A stretch of 64,000 nt of DNA from a virus. Where the stretch lies: positions 40,020 to 104,019 of IMG/VR virus record IMGVR_UViG_3300029267_004179. One strand, given 5' to 3'. The translations under genes were made by a program, and so were the position numbers. Shown here piece after piece: positions 1 through 10,666 of this stretch; position 1 is the stretch's first letter; every line of letters starts with the position of its first letter. The notes beneath the pieces were generated by a model. It was not told the origin of the DNA, made no database searches, and was given only the letters and a program-made list of their open reading frames with translations.

Positions 1-14
1 GCCTTGAGTCAAGA

Positions 15-3000
15 ATGAAAAAGGGTCTTGGTGCTGGTAAAGCTGCAAAGGATATGGAGTCATTGGCAAGAGCTACCAAAATGACCCGCCTTGAAGTTGC
101 CCGTTTTCAAGCAAAGGTAGGAAATTATTCCGGTGCTTTGGCTACTCTTTCTGGCGGTGCCAAAAAAGCCTATAATTCTTTGTTCAGTTTGAAAACTATG
201 TTTGCATCTATGGGTGCTGCTATGGCTACCGGCGCAATCATCACTGCCGGTAAGAACTTCGAACAAACAATGGCGATAGTTCGAGGTGTCACTGGCGCTA
301 CCATAGAAGAGTTTGATGAGTTGTCTGCTGCTGCCCGCAGAATGGGTGAACAAACAGAATGGTCTGCAACACAAGCTGGTGATTCACTTCGATTTCTTGC
401 TATGGCCGGTTTTACCGTACAAGAAGCAATCACTGCCCTTCCATCTACCCTTAATCTTGCTACTGCTGGAAACCTTGAGCTTGGCCGTGCTGCCGATATT
501 GCATCTAATGCTATGACTGCATTAGGGCTTTCTGCGGAAGACCTTTCAAGAGTTAATGATGTCTTTGTCGCTACAGCTACCAGAAGTAATTCAACTGTTG
601 AAATGCTTGCTGAATCCTTTAAATATGTTGCGCCTACCGCAAAAGCACTGGGTTATGAAGTTGAAGAGCTTAATGCTTATCTTGGAAAGTTGCATGATGC
701 TGGCATTCAAGGTTCTATGGCAGGTACACAATTAAATCAAGCTATGCTAAGAACTCATAAAGTCTTTAAGAAGCTTGGTATAGATGGTGAAGGAAAGAGT
801 TTGCTTGATGCTCTTGAGGCAATGAAAGAGGCACAATGGGGTGTCAACGAAGTAATGGGGGTCTTCGCCGGTCGTGGTGGCAGGGCTATCCTTACATTGA
901 TGGATATGACCGATGGTATTAATAGTTTAACAGAAGCAAATAAAAACTCTGCCGGGGAAGCAAAACGACTTGCAGATATAATGCGGGATACTGTTCACGG
1001 TAGTTTTAAAAGGGTCGCTTCTGTTATTGAATCGGTAATGCTTGATATATTTGAAGAGTATAAAGGTAGCTTAAAAGAACTTTTACAAGATACTGCCGAA
1101 TGGATAGAACAAAACAAGACTGGCCTTGTTGGGTTTGTGACTGCTCTTGGAGAAGGGGCAAAAACAGCTACTGATTCTCTTGCAGCTATTGGTGGTTCTC
1201 TTGATGCTATCAGAAAGAGTTCTGGTTTTATTGGAGATTCATTTTCCGACCATCCTGAAATCTTGACCTTTGGCATGATGGGTCTTTTCCTTTTTGGAGT
1301 TCAAGGCGGTGCTGTTGTAGGCACACTTGCAATGGTTGTTAATTATTTGAATGATGCCTCCAAAATGGCTGGAATGATAGCCGGTGGTGCTGTTGATTTT
1401 TCTACTTTTATGGATAGTAATAATAAGGATATGAAGGAGTTAATTGTGGCATTTGAAAGGGGCGGCAATGCCGGTGTTGAATTTGTAGAAAAGCAGAGAA
1501 GAATCAAGGAACTTCAAATTTATTACGCTGACTTAAGAACAGAACTTAAGAAGACAACTGATATGCAAGATAGTTGGAGAGGAAGTTTTGTCAGTTCTTT
1601 TTATACAAAAGGTGACGACCCATATTCAAAGGAACTTGAAAAGACAAAAACAAAGATAATAGAAGTTAAGGCTGAGTTGGGTTTACTTCAAGCTCAGTCT
1701 GAAAATTATATAGATGTTTGGCAACATAAAGCTCAAGATATTTCAGCCCCATTAAGAAAACAAACAACTGAAACACTTCTTGCTTCTAAAGCAATGAAAG
1801 CATATAATGACAGTATTTATGCAATGAGGGGTAAACAAGAAGTAGTACCGGCAGACAACAGTAAATCTTTGGCTAAAATGGAAAAATATATCGAGGAAGT
1901 AAAAACCTTAAATATGTCCGCAAGGGAAGCGGATTTATATGATCAACAAAAGTGGTATGAAGAAAGACTCACTCATTTTGAAAAGTACGGTGGTGACATT
2001 GAAGCTCTTAACAAAGCAAACAACAAAACTATATCTGAAATAAATAAGAAGTACAGAAAAGACGCAATCAATGCTGATAAAAAAGCTTATGATAAACGCC
2101 TCAAGGCGATGGAAGATTATAAAAAGGGAATTCAGTCATATGCTGATGATTGGGCAGATATAAACAAAGAACTTGCGGTAGGTTTTGCTATTTCCCCCGA
2201 AGCAAACGAAGAAAGAACTGATTTTATGGAAGTGCAAAACGAATGGGACAGTATCACAGTTGATATTGAAAATGCAGCAAAAGAAGCAAGAGAAATCTGG
2301 AGGGATGCCTCTGAAGATATATCGGAAGACCTGTCTGATGCTTTCGGTAGTTTTATTGATGGGACTTATGATTCATGGGATGATCTTGTTGACCATATGA
2401 TGTCTACCTTTCAAGGTGCTGCTACTGAAATAGCAAATAAACAAATTAAAATGCTCTTTACTGATCCTGGCGGTGAAGAAATAAAAATGACTGAGATGGA
2501 AAAGTATGCTGCTGGTGGAGGTGCCATTGCTTCTGCATTTCAGGCTTATCAAAGTGCAAAACAAGGACAGGCAGGTGCAGCTATAGCTCAAGGCGTAGGT
2601 GCAGCATTGATGGCCTATGCTGCGGCGTCTGGGAGTGCCTATGTTATGATGGCGGCGGCAGTGGTGTCTGCTTTGGGTGGTCTTTTTGGTTCTCCTTCAG
2701 GTGGTGGTGGAATGAGACAATGGCAAGTAAGATATGATCCTTATAGGAGAATGACAGATGAAGAGCTTGCCATAGCGAAGAGGGAAGCATATGAACGTGG
2801 TGAGTATTATGAGCCCAGATATGCAAGGGGAAAGGAATCAGCCGAAGGTGGTCTTTGGATACTCCCGATAATTGACAGGGAGGGCAAGCCAGTAGAAGGA
2901 ACATATGACTGGAGAAGGCCGGTTGCTGAAGCTTTGCCAGCACCACAGACAGGATTTTGGGAAGCGTGGGGAGAAGGGTTTGAGCCTGTTGGTGATTCAA

Positions 3001-6000
3001 AGCAAAGGGCTATGATTGATGAAATCAACGAAACAATAGGCAAGGTTCAATCTGAAATATGGGATACTGTTAATGAATGGTTGAAAAACTTTTCCGATGC
3101 TGTTCAAGAGTCATTCCGTGCAAGAATGGAGACGATAGTTGTTAAGCTGTTTGATGTAACAAGAGGCGAAACGCTTTTTGTTACCACTGAAGATTACACC
3201 TATTGGATGAAAGAAGTGAGTCAACATGCTCAAGAAAAGTTTTTTCTTGCTATCCTTAACCCATTACGATTCACAATAATAGATGTTTTTGAAGAACTGG
3301 AAGAAAAATTTGGCAAACAAATAATAGGTGGATTCAATGTTGAAACTATACTTCAGGATGGAGAAATAGTTGATACGATAAGGAACTTTACAACTCAAGC
3401 GTTCGGGGTAAGTGCCAATTCTGTAATGGGGCGGTATTTAAGGTTTCTTGAAGAGTCAATGCAAAAGGAAGAAATGACACCTGAAGAAGTGGATAAATTA
3501 ATGCAGGTTCTTGCACAATTTAATGCAGCTTATACTAAAATGATGGAAGTTTATCAAGGGGTCATTGATCATACACAAAGTATTATATCTGATAGAACAG
3601 AATATGAACAGGCTTTATATGATATTCAAGAGTACTACCAAGATGCCTATGACACCTTAAAGGAGCTTGGTGCAAGTGAAGAACTACTTCTTGGCATTCG
3701 TGAGCAGGAAAGACAGGCAAATGAAAAGATAGTAAATGAGTTTGCAAAGGGTAGAAAAGAAATTGAATCAGAAATGAATCAGTATATTGAAGCTATCACA
3801 AATCCACTTGAAGGACTTGCGCTCGAATTGGATACGGTAAACACTCAATTTGATGCTTGGATAAGTAGCCTAAAGGAGCTTGGTGCAAGTCAAGCGGAAT
3901 TGGAACATGCCGAGGTGGAAAGGCATAGAGCCATTACTGCTGCAATAGAGAGTTATTATGGTAGTCTTTTAACGAGCTTGGTCAGTCCATTTCAAGAATT
4001 GGCAAAAAGTATTGAAGAACTTCAAGCTGAAATATCCGGCGCTTCTGAAGTAGATGTCCTTTCGAAAAAGTTAAATGAAATGAGAAAGGAAATGGGGATT
4101 GCCGGTGCAGAAGATTTGTTTGATTTTGGATGGCTTGGTGAAAACTTGGTAAAGAAAATTGAAACAGGTATAAGTGAACCGGCAAAGGAAGCTGTTGCCG
4201 CCTTATTTGGTGAAGGAAATGATCCGGGTGGTAATATAATAAGACCTTGGGATAGACATCCAGAACTTGGACCTACACCGGGAGTTATCAGTCCTTCTGC
4301 TGAACCGGAAGTTGCCGAGAATCAAGGAAAACAAGCTGCTGAAGTACTCAAAGAATACATTACTTCATGGACGCTTGGACTCCTTGAAAAAGGATCGATG
4401 GTTACAGAAGAAGCAATGAATGAAGCAATAGCAATGTGGTACCGGAATAATAGAGAGTTGGCAGGAATAGAAGCAATAAATGAAGAGATGATCACCGATC
4501 TTATTTCATCCTTAATGGGTAGTCTTGTCGAACCTTATGTTGAGGCTGCAAGGCAAGAAAAGTTTGGGCAGGTTTATAGTGAGGCTGTTGATTTTATAAA
4601 AAGGGAAATTCAAAGAGTATTTATAAGTGAAACCGGGGCTGGTGAAAAGACTTTCGCAGAGGCAGATGTAGAGCAAATAAAGAAACAGATATGGACAAAA
4701 ATGACTCAGGCAATTCCTGATGTTGATGTTATCAGAAATATCTTCTCTTCCATTTGGGATAGGTTATGGGAAGAATATACAGGGGGATATGCCGGTGTTG
4801 CTGGCGGCGTCGGGATTGATAAGGGGTTTGAAGGTCAAATTGATAGTTCTGTTAAGGCGCTTGTTGAAGAAGGTGTATCTCAGGAAGATATAGTTGAATA
4901 CTTAACTGTCCTGCGGGATTACTACAAGTCATTCTTTAAACAATTAAAGGATGATTGGGGAAAATGGGATAGTGTTAAAACAAACGCAGAAGAGGCAATT
5001 AATTTGATATCTACTGCATTAGAGCCTCAACGGTCGGTTTTGCAGAAGATACCCCAACTTATGGGTGAAAGCATAGAAGATATTGATGACTATATAAACA
5101 ATCTTAATGAATGGGTAACTGAAGCAAAGGCAGTTAAGACAAGTTTTGAAACATTTGCAAAAGGAGTACAGGAAGCAAAATTTAATATTAAAAAGACAAC
5201 CTACCTTGCCGGTAAGACAATTGAAGAGCAGGTAGGCGCTTATGATGACTATTTAAGTCTTGCATATAGTGAACTCCAAGGTGCTTATTATGGTGACCGT
5301 CCTGAAGAAGCCTTGGAGCTGATGAGCAGAATGCAAACACTTTTGATGGAAAGGTATAATCTTGAAAATCAATTAATTGAGGAGACCTACGGTAATATGA
5401 AAAACATAGAAGCCATAGTGACTTCAATAACAGACAAAATTCGGCAATTACGATATTCAGAATATAATTTACAGCTGCCGGTACAAAAGGCAGAGATTGC
5501 GACGGAAGATTATGCTACACTCCTTCAAGCTGCTCGAAGTGGAGATGCTGCGGATATTAATAAATATATTGGATTTATTGATACCTATTTGCGACAATCC
5601 ATGGATGCTTATAAATCGAACGAACAGTACCAAGAAATTTGGGAACAAGTAAACGATGATCTTGAAAGCCTTAATCTTACAATGCAAGCCTATACTTCCG
5701 AAGATACCATTTATTTGCAGAAGCTTAATGAGGCTGCCGACTATACCAACAATTGGCTTGAAAAAATCCAAGAGCATGCTGAGGAAGAAGGAGAAGAGAT
5801 GGGTCAAATTATAGGCGACCAGTCTGATACCCTTAAAAAACTACTCGGTAGATCGGGAGTTATAAACAGAAGTCTTGAAACGATAAACAATTCGATAAGT
5901 AATGTAGCATTGGCAATCAATAATCTTGAAGACCATTTGGCTTCAGCTATAGAAGGGATGGAAGGCGGCGGCGGTCTTGGCGGGTATACAGGTGGTTTAT

Positions 6001-6527
6001 CCGAGTCTGACAGATCGATTTTGAACGAACTTGCTACTCGATACTTTGATCCTGGTACGGGAGCCGAAGCGTTTACTGAAAGCATAAGTGAATTGGCGGT
6101 TCTTTATCAGCAATTGATGGCGGGTGGTGCAGATGCTTGGAGTGCTGCTGCATCTACATTTGGTTTGACAACCGAAAGATACCGGGCTGATTTTGAACTA
6201 CTCAAAAGTATTCTTCATTTTCAGGGCGGCGGTATGGCTAAAGGCCCGGATGAAGGGTATCCAGCTATATTGCATGGCATTGAGGCAGTTATCCCTATGA
6301 ATGGTGCAAATATTCCTGTCCAAATAGTTGGTGGTGGAAAGGATGCCACTTTGTTGGATGAGGTCAAAAAATCAAATCTTCTTCTTTCGGCATTGCTTAA
6401 CAAGGATAGCAAGGTTGATGTTCATATAGGAAATGAGAAATTTAAAGGAACTATCCGGAAAGAAGCGAATCAGCTTATGGTTGAGGTCCATGACCGTGGC
6501 GCTTATGGCAAAATGGTTGTGCCTTAA
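15..6527 (+). CDS. Tail tape measure protein (TP901-type N-terminal domain); probably 5'-truncated by the window
   Basis: 2170 aa, Ala/Glu-rich and helical. Typical TMP motifs (NFEQTMAIVRGVTGAT, LGKLHDAGIQGSMAGT) and C-terminal FQGGG..GP..GY..LHG.EAVIP. The frame is open to the window edge. Confidence 0.93.
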   Translation: MKKGLGAGKAAKDMESLARATKMTRLEVARFQAKVGNYSGALATLSGGAKKAYNSLFSLKTMFASMGAAMATGAIITAGKNFEQTMAIVRGVTGATIEEFDELSAAARRMGEQTEWSATQAGDSLRFLAMAGFTVQEAITALPSTLNLATAGNLELGRAADIASNAMTALGLSAEDLSRVNDVFVATATRSNSTVEMLAESFKYVAPTAKALGYEVEELNAYLGKLHDAGIQGSMAGTQLNQAMLRTHKVFKKLGIDGEGKSLLDALEAMKEAQWGVNEVMGVFAGRGGRAILTLMDMTDGINSLTEANKNSAGEAKRLADIMRDTVHGSFKRVASVIESVMLDIFEEYKGSLKELLQDTAEWIEQNKTGLVGFVTALGEGAKTATDSLAAIGGSLDAIRKSSGFIGDSFSDHPEILTFGMMGLFLFGVQGGAVVGTLAMVVNYLNDASKMAGMIAGGAVDFSTFMDSNNKDMKELIVAFERGGNAGVEFVEKQRRIKELQIYYADLRTELKKTTDMQDSWRGSFVSSFYTKGDDPYSKELEKTKTKIIEVKAELGLLQAQSENYIDVWQHKAQDISAPLRKQTTETLLASKAMKAYNDSIYAMRGKQEVVPADNSKSLAKMEKYIEEVKTLNMSAREADLYDQQKWYEERLTHFEKYGGDIEALNKANNKTISEINKKYRKDAINADKKAYDKRLKAMEDYKKGIQSYADDWADINKELAVGFAISPEANEERTDFMEVQNEWDSITVDIENAAKEAREIWRDASEDISEDLSDAFGSFIDGTYDSWDDLVDHMMSTFQGAATEIANKQIKMLFTDPGGEEIKMTEMEKYAAGGGAIASAFQAYQSAKQGQAGAAIAQGVGAALMAYAAASGSAYVMMAAAVVSALGGLFGSPSGGGGMRQWQVRYDPYRRMTDEELAIAKREAYERGEYYEPRYARGKESAEGGLWILPIIDREGKPVEGTYDWRRPVAEALPAPQTGFWEAWGEGFEPVGDSKQRAMIDEINETIGKVQSEIWDTVNEWLKNFSDAVQESFRARMETIVVKLFDVTRGETLFVTTEDYTYWMKEVSQHAQEKFFLAILNPLRFTIIDVFEELEEKFGKQIIGGFNVETILQDGEIVDTIRNFTTQAFGVSANSVMGRYLRFLEESMQKEEMTPEEVDKLMQVLAQFNAAYTKMMEVYQGVIDHTQSIISDRTEYEQALYDIQEYYQDAYDTLKELGASEELLLGIREQERQANEKIVNEFAKGRKEIESEMNQYIEAITNPLEGLALELDTVNTQFDAWISSLKELGASQAELEHAEVERHRAITAAIESYYGSLLTSLVSPFQELAKSIEELQAEISGASEVDVLSKKLNEMRKEMGIAGAEDLFDFGWLGENLVKKIETGISEPAKEAVAALFGEGNDPGGNIIRPWDRHPELGPTPGVISPSAEPEVAENQGKQAAEVLKEYITSWTLGLLEKGSMVTEEAMNEAIAMWYRNNRELAGIEAINEEMITDLISSLMGSLVEPYVEAARQEKFGQVYSEAVDFIKREIQRVFISETGAGEKTFAEADVEQIKKQIWTKMTQAIPDVDVIRNIFSSIWDRLWEEYTGGYAGVAGGVGIDKGFEGQIDSSVKALVEEGVSQEDIVEYLTVLRDYYKSFFKQLKDDWGKWDSVKTNAEEAINLISTALEPQRSVLQKIPQLMGESIEDIDDYINNLNEWVTEAKAVKTSFETFAKGVQEAKFNIKKTTYLAGKTIEEQVGAYDDYLSLAYSELQGAYYGDRPEEALELMSRMQTLLMERYNLENQLIEETYGNMKNIEAIVTSITDKIRQLRYSEYNLQLPVQKAEIATEDYATLLQAARSGDAADINKYIGFIDTYLRQSMDAYKSNEQYQEIWEQVNDDLESLNLTMQAYTSEDTIYLQKLNEAADYTNNWLEKIQEHAEEEGEEMGQIIGDQSDTLKKLLGRSGVINRSLETINNSISNVALAINNLEDHLASAIEGMEGGGGLGGYTGGLSESDRSILNELATRYFDPGTGAEAFTESISELAVLYQQLMAGGADAWSAAASTFGLTTERYRADFELLKSILHFQGGGMAKGPDEGYPAILHGIEAVIPMNGANIPVQIVGGGKDATLLDEVKKSNLLLSALLNKDSKVDVHIGNEKFKGTIRKEANQLMVEVHDRGAYGKMVVP

Positions 6528-6555
6528 TCTTAAAATTAACCGTGTTAATTTAGCT

Positions 6556-6627
6556 TATATTAAACGATCTGATAAAAACTAATATAAGGGTATAGGGTAA
6601 AAATTTTATAGGGGTTAAAAAGGAAAT
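6556..6627 (+). repeat. Dispersed intergenic element, copy 1 (core TAAGGG)
   Basis: TATATTAAACGATCTGATAAAAACTAATA-TAAGGG-TATAGGGTAAAAATTTTATAGGGGTTAAAAAGGAAAT; 71/72 identical to 48141-48212. Confidence 0.95.
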
Positions 6628-7897
6628 GCTTTTAATTGAAGTCACCATAAACGGAACAGTAAATTATCTTTCGATGGAAGGTATTGAATTGACGAGATGG
6701 TGGGATAACAAAGTGATTTCATTTACTGCTCCTAATTACACCATTAAGGATACTTATGGTGGTTATGTAGATGTTGAATTCGGAAACATAGAATTTTCAC
6801 CCGATCTTTTTCTTTCTCCTAATTGGCCTCCTCCTGCTGAATGCCCTATAGTTGTGAAATATACAGATACCGACGAAGCAAGTGCAGAGGTTCTTTTTGA
6901 TGGTACCTGCTATATCAGGAAAATAAACAGGGAATCAATAGTATATGACATCTTCGATGAAGCGTTTGATATAAATCTTTTGGATACTGCTGTTGATTAC
7001 AATGGGGATACCGTACCGTTACCAAGAGCTTTTGGGACTGTTACTTTTGTCAATCCGGTAAGACTACCGGATGCCGGTGGTTTCCCGATATGGCATAAAG
7101 GGAATATTCAAGGAGTACTTGGAACTAATTATTTCTGTTATGATGACGGAATAGATGTTTCAGTTAATTTCACCGATCTTGGCACTACCCTACAACAAAA
7201 CGTAGGGCTTGCCGGGGAACTTACATTATCAGGAGTTGGCCTTGAAACGACTCTTGACCAAGTTATGAGTTGGGGAGCTATAACTAAACTTGGTCTTGCC
7301 TATGATAATTCCGTTGGCAGGGTAGTGAGTCCACCAATTAATTATTGGGCGGCAGGGCAGGATAAAATAATATCTTTTTTATCAGATATATGCTTGTTTT
7401 TCACTCATCTTAATTATATCAGGAATAACACTCTTTATCTTGTAGATATGTTTCAAGATAATGGAACAAGAACTATTACTGAGTTTGAGTTCTTTCCTGC
7501 CGAGTATGATTATGAAGTCCCGATAAGGATAATAAAATCCGCATGGGAGAATCGCTTTTCTGTTTCTGAAACGATAGGGCAATATGTTAAGCATGTTCCT
7601 GATAAAACAGAAAGGACAACTGCTTTTCCGTATGGCAATTTAATGGAAGTAACACCATTCGATGATATCAAGTCAAATATAGAAGCTGCACTTGACAATA
7701 TATTACTTGTTCATCCAAAACCACGAGCAAGAGTTTCATTGCCTCTTTTGGGTAGTTTGCCTGTTCCCGGTGAAGCGATAACTCTTGAAGATACTTCACT
7801 TGCTGAAGATACAGATGTAGTTATAAGGTGCAGAAAAATTACTTACGATTTTAATAATGATGAAGTTGTAGTAGAAGGTGAAGGGACACTGACATAA
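6626..7897 (+). CDS. Putative tail/baseplate hub protein
   Basis: 423 aa, beta-rich, immediately after the TMP; position only. Confidence 0.6.
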   Translation: MLLIEVTINGTVNYLSMEGIELTRWWDNKVISFTAPNYTIKDTYGGYVDVEFGNIEFSPDLFLSPNWPPPAECPIVVKYTDTDEASAEVLFDGTCYIRKINRESIVYDIFDEAFDINLLDTAVDYNGDTVPLPRAFGTVTFVNPVRLPDAGGFPIWHKGNIQGVLGTNYFCYDDGIDVSVNFTDLGTTLQQNVGLAGELTLSGVGLETTLDQVMSWGAITKLGLAYDNSVGRVVSPPINYWAAGQDKIISFLSDICLFFTHLNYIRNNTLYLVDMFQDNGTRTITEFEFFPAEYDYEVPIRIIKSAWENRFSVSETIGQYVKHVPDKTERTTAFPYGNLMEVTPFDDIKSNIEAALDNILLVHPKPRARVSLPLLGSLPVPGEAITLEDTSLAEDTDVVIRCRKITYDFNNDEVVVEGEGTLT

Positions 7898-8868
7898 TGA
7901 AAGTAATTTATCCTGATAAAGTAACCGGCTTGACTCCATCATCTACCCCACTAACAGGGACAATAACCTTGACAAATGGTGGTAATGCGCTTCTTGGTGT
8001 CGGCACTTCTTTTACTACCGAGTTAACAAGTCAACAAGGGGATCAAATATATTTAGATGCTGATGGAGTGATAGTTGAGGTTGATGTGGTTGCAACTGAT
8101 CTTTTAGCTTCATTAACTGCTAATTACACTGGCGCTGGCGGTTCTGGGCCGGGAAGTATATATGAAGAAAAAGCGCTTTTCCCAAAGGAAAATGTTTCTG
8201 ATGATCATCCAAAGAAACCGTGGAAATCCGTATCAGATGATGCGACAATGCATGTGGCTGTTTCTGGCGGTAGTAATGCAATAGCAATCTTTGCAACAAA
8301 TGCTGAAACAATAACAGTTACAGTTATGAATGATATTGAAACGATTACTTTATGGGGGCCAGAAATATATGACTTACAGGGGATAGATACTTATTATGAA
8401 CTAATCACAGATACCGGTGAAAGATGGTATGTGCTTTGGGTAGATTATCCTTATCAAGCAAATCCTGTTAGTATAGTAGTTGATTTTGAATCACCGTCTG
8501 CAACAAGGGTAGGAATAATCAGAGCCGGTGCTACATATACTTTCCCAGACCCCAGATGGGGTTTGAGTGAAGGACTTGTTGACTACTCGATAATTAAGGA
8601 ATTAAGCAATGGTGCTACCTATATTCGCAAAAGAGATATAGTGAGAAAGTTTGATGGCGATATTACTATGGTAAGGGACCGTGATTTTTATAAGTTTATG
8701 CACAAGGTAATTAAGACAAAAGGACCGGGACCGCTTGCCTGGAAGGTATCAACTAATTTATCAAATTTCGATTGGGCTGTATTTGCAAGACCGCAAAACA
8801 TGCCGAGGGGAAGTCACACTTTCCCCGCTTGGAGTCGTGTCAATTTTCAATTACTTGAAGTTGTGTAG
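7897..8868 (+). CDS. Putative tail protein
   Basis: Translationally coupled to the previous gene; contains a tail-fibre-like TGTITLTNG..GVGTSFT segment. Confidence 0.6.
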   Translation: MKVIYPDKVTGLTPSSTPLTGTITLTNGGNALLGVGTSFTTELTSQQGDQIYLDADGVIVEVDVVATDLLASLTANYTGAGGSGPGSIYEEKALFPKENVSDDHPKKPWKSVSDDATMHVAVSGGSNAIAIFATNAETITVTVMNDIETITLWGPEIYDLQGIDTYYELITDTGERWYVLWVDYPYQANPVSIVVDFESPSATRVGIIRAGATYTFPDPRWGLSEGLVDYSIIKELSNGATYIRKRDIVRKFDGDITMVRDRDFYKFMHKVIKTKGPGPLAWKVSTNLSNFDWAVFARPQNMPRGSHTFPAWSRVNFQLLEVV

Positions 8869-8877
8869 GAGAATAAA

Positions 8878-9258
8878 ATGGGATCATATACTTGGAATGT
8901 CTTTCCGTTATCAGGGACTGCTAATTTTGAAGGAACTGCAAGGACTGCACTTGAGCAATGGAGAACCAATGCCAGTCTTATGGATAATGAGATAACTACA
9001 GCAAGGAGTACTTATCCGTCATTAAACGCAAGACTTGATGATATCCTTGGTAGTATCCCTCCTGGTACTATTACCTATGGGCAGTTGGACATCTTGAATG
9101 CTCCTACCGATACCTATCAACTTACCTATAATTTAGCAAGTGATAAGATGGAATGGGTAGTTCCTGGAGCTGCCGCTGATCCTGGCGATGTGCGTTTTGA
9201 AGCTGCTGATCCGAAACAATATCTTAATGAAAAATTAAGACAAAGATTTTTATTATAG
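8878..9258 (+). CDS. Putative tail-associated protein
   Basis: AGGAG RBS; EITTAR..YPSLNARLD motif common in phage tail proteins. Confidence 0.55.
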   Translation: MGSYTWNVFPLSGTANFEGTARTALEQWRTNASLMDNEITTARSTYPSLNARLDDILGSIPPGTITYGQLDILNAPTDTYQLTYNLASDKMEWVVPGAAADPGDVRFEAADPKQYLNEKLRQRFLL

Positions 9259-9267
9259 GAGGATAGT

Positions 9268-10002
9268 ATGCCTTTTGCTTATAATCGACTTGTTGAATGC
9301 AAAGCTATCGCAAATAGTGTTCAGACACAGTTTGCGAATCCGGCAGGAAAAACAACCTATATCAGAAGCATATCTATCCACAATGCTGCTGCTGTTACTA
9401 TTCCATTCGGATTGTATAATGTTCCTGATGTGGCCGGTGCAGTAGGTGTTGCTGGTGCTACAAATTGTTTCTATCTCAACACAATAGGACTACAACCGGG
9501 TGAGATATTAACTTTTGAATTTACTCCTCCAGGCATTATATTGGAGGATTTGAATGATACTATTCAAACCTACGCTTCTGACTTGACGGGTGCTTTGTCC
9601 TTTCAGATGTTCGGTGCTATTGAAACTACTATAGCACCGACTTTTAACTATAAGCGAATTATAGAGATGCAAGCCTTACCACTTGTAACAACTACGATCT
9701 TTGCCAATCCCGCAGCAACAACCACTTATATAAAACTTCTGATTCTTTGCAACCTTGACCCATCATCGAATTATGTGAGGGTTTGGAATGTTCCTGATGC
9801 TGCTGGTGCTGTTGGGGTAGTAAGTGATGGAACGCAGATTTTTGGTGATTCTGTTTTGGGGATGGCGGCAGAAGAAACAGTGATAATGGAGTTCCTTGAT
9901 GGCGGCTTGATGTTAGAGGATTTAAATGATACAATACAGGCAATTTCAGTTGCACCTACTACATGGAGTCCCACCATACAAGCATTTGGAGCGCAAGAAT
10001 AA
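9268..10002 (+). CDS. Virion protein with two tandem homologous beta domains
   Basis: FANPA..TTYI, NVPD.AGAVGV, LEDLNDTIQ and Q.FGA each occur twice. Confidence 0.6.
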   Translation: MPFAYNRLVECKAIANSVQTQFANPAGKTTYIRSISIHNAAAVTIPFGLYNVPDVAGAVGVAGATNCFYLNTIGLQPGEILTFEFTPPGIILEDLNDTIQTYASDLTGALSFQMFGAIETTIAPTFNYKRIIEMQALPLVTTTIFANPAATTTYIKLLILCNLDPSSNYVRVWNVPDAAGAVGVVSDGTQIFGDSVLGMAAEETVIMEFLDGGLMLEDLNDTIQAISVAPTTWSPTIQAFGAQE

Positions 10003-10011
10003 GGAGAAGTC

Positions 10012-10665
10012 ATGAAACGGATTTACTTCAATGATAGTGATTTGGTTATCTATGCCCCAAATTGGGTGTCCGATCTTCGTAAAAAACCAAATAGTACAAA
10101 GAATACTCAGTTGGCAAGGATTCTTGATGGTAGTTTATCGGAAACGGCTGATACTGTTAAAGATCAAAATGATGAAGATGTTGAAATCATCGAAGTTGAA
10201 CCGATAGAAGTTCTTAATCAAGGGGTAGACAATGCCGGGGTGCCGTGGCTTGAGACTGAGGATGATATCGAAGATAAGTTGGATGATTTTGACATATTTG
10301 TTTGTGTTCCTGCATATCTTCATATCACTTTTAATACTGATTTTGTAGTAAAAAACGATGGTACCGATACTGTTGAGTTTGATATAGCTTTCAGGGAAGG
10401 AAGTGATCCTGCTTCAACCTTGATAGATACTGATGATGATTTTCAGGTGGTGATGACAGAGCTTGATTACGAGTCGGTTTATGATATTTTCACATTAACC
10501 GGGATATCCGGTGGTGAGAAAAAGGGCATCGAATATACAACTACCGGAAATCCAAAAAGGATACATATATCAGAAACCGACTTGAAAGAAATAGTTGTTG
10601 ATGGAACAGAAATGAAAGTAATTTTGGTTGGAAATGAATCAATAACCGTTTACAGGGAGTTATAA
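10012..10665 (+). CDS. Acidic hypothetical tail-module protein
   Basis: AAGGAG RBS; 217 aa, Asp/Glu-rich. Confidence 0.55.
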   Translation: MKRIYFNDSDLVIYAPNWVSDLRKKPNSTKNTQLARILDGSLSETADTVKDQNDEDVEIIEVEPIEVLNQGVDNAGVPWLETEDDIEDKLDDFDIFVCVPAYLHITFNTDFVVKNDGTDTVEFDIAFREGSDPASTLIDTDDDFQVVMTELDYESVYDIFTLTGISGGEKKGIEYTTTGNPKRIHISETDLKEIVVDGTEMKVILVGNESITVYREL

Positions 10666-10666
10666 A

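Noticed and set aside
60-6412. Numerous antisense and alternate-frame ORFs inside long genes (here and throughout)
   Set aside because: Shadow ORFs of the real coding strand, with no RBS or recognisable motifs.
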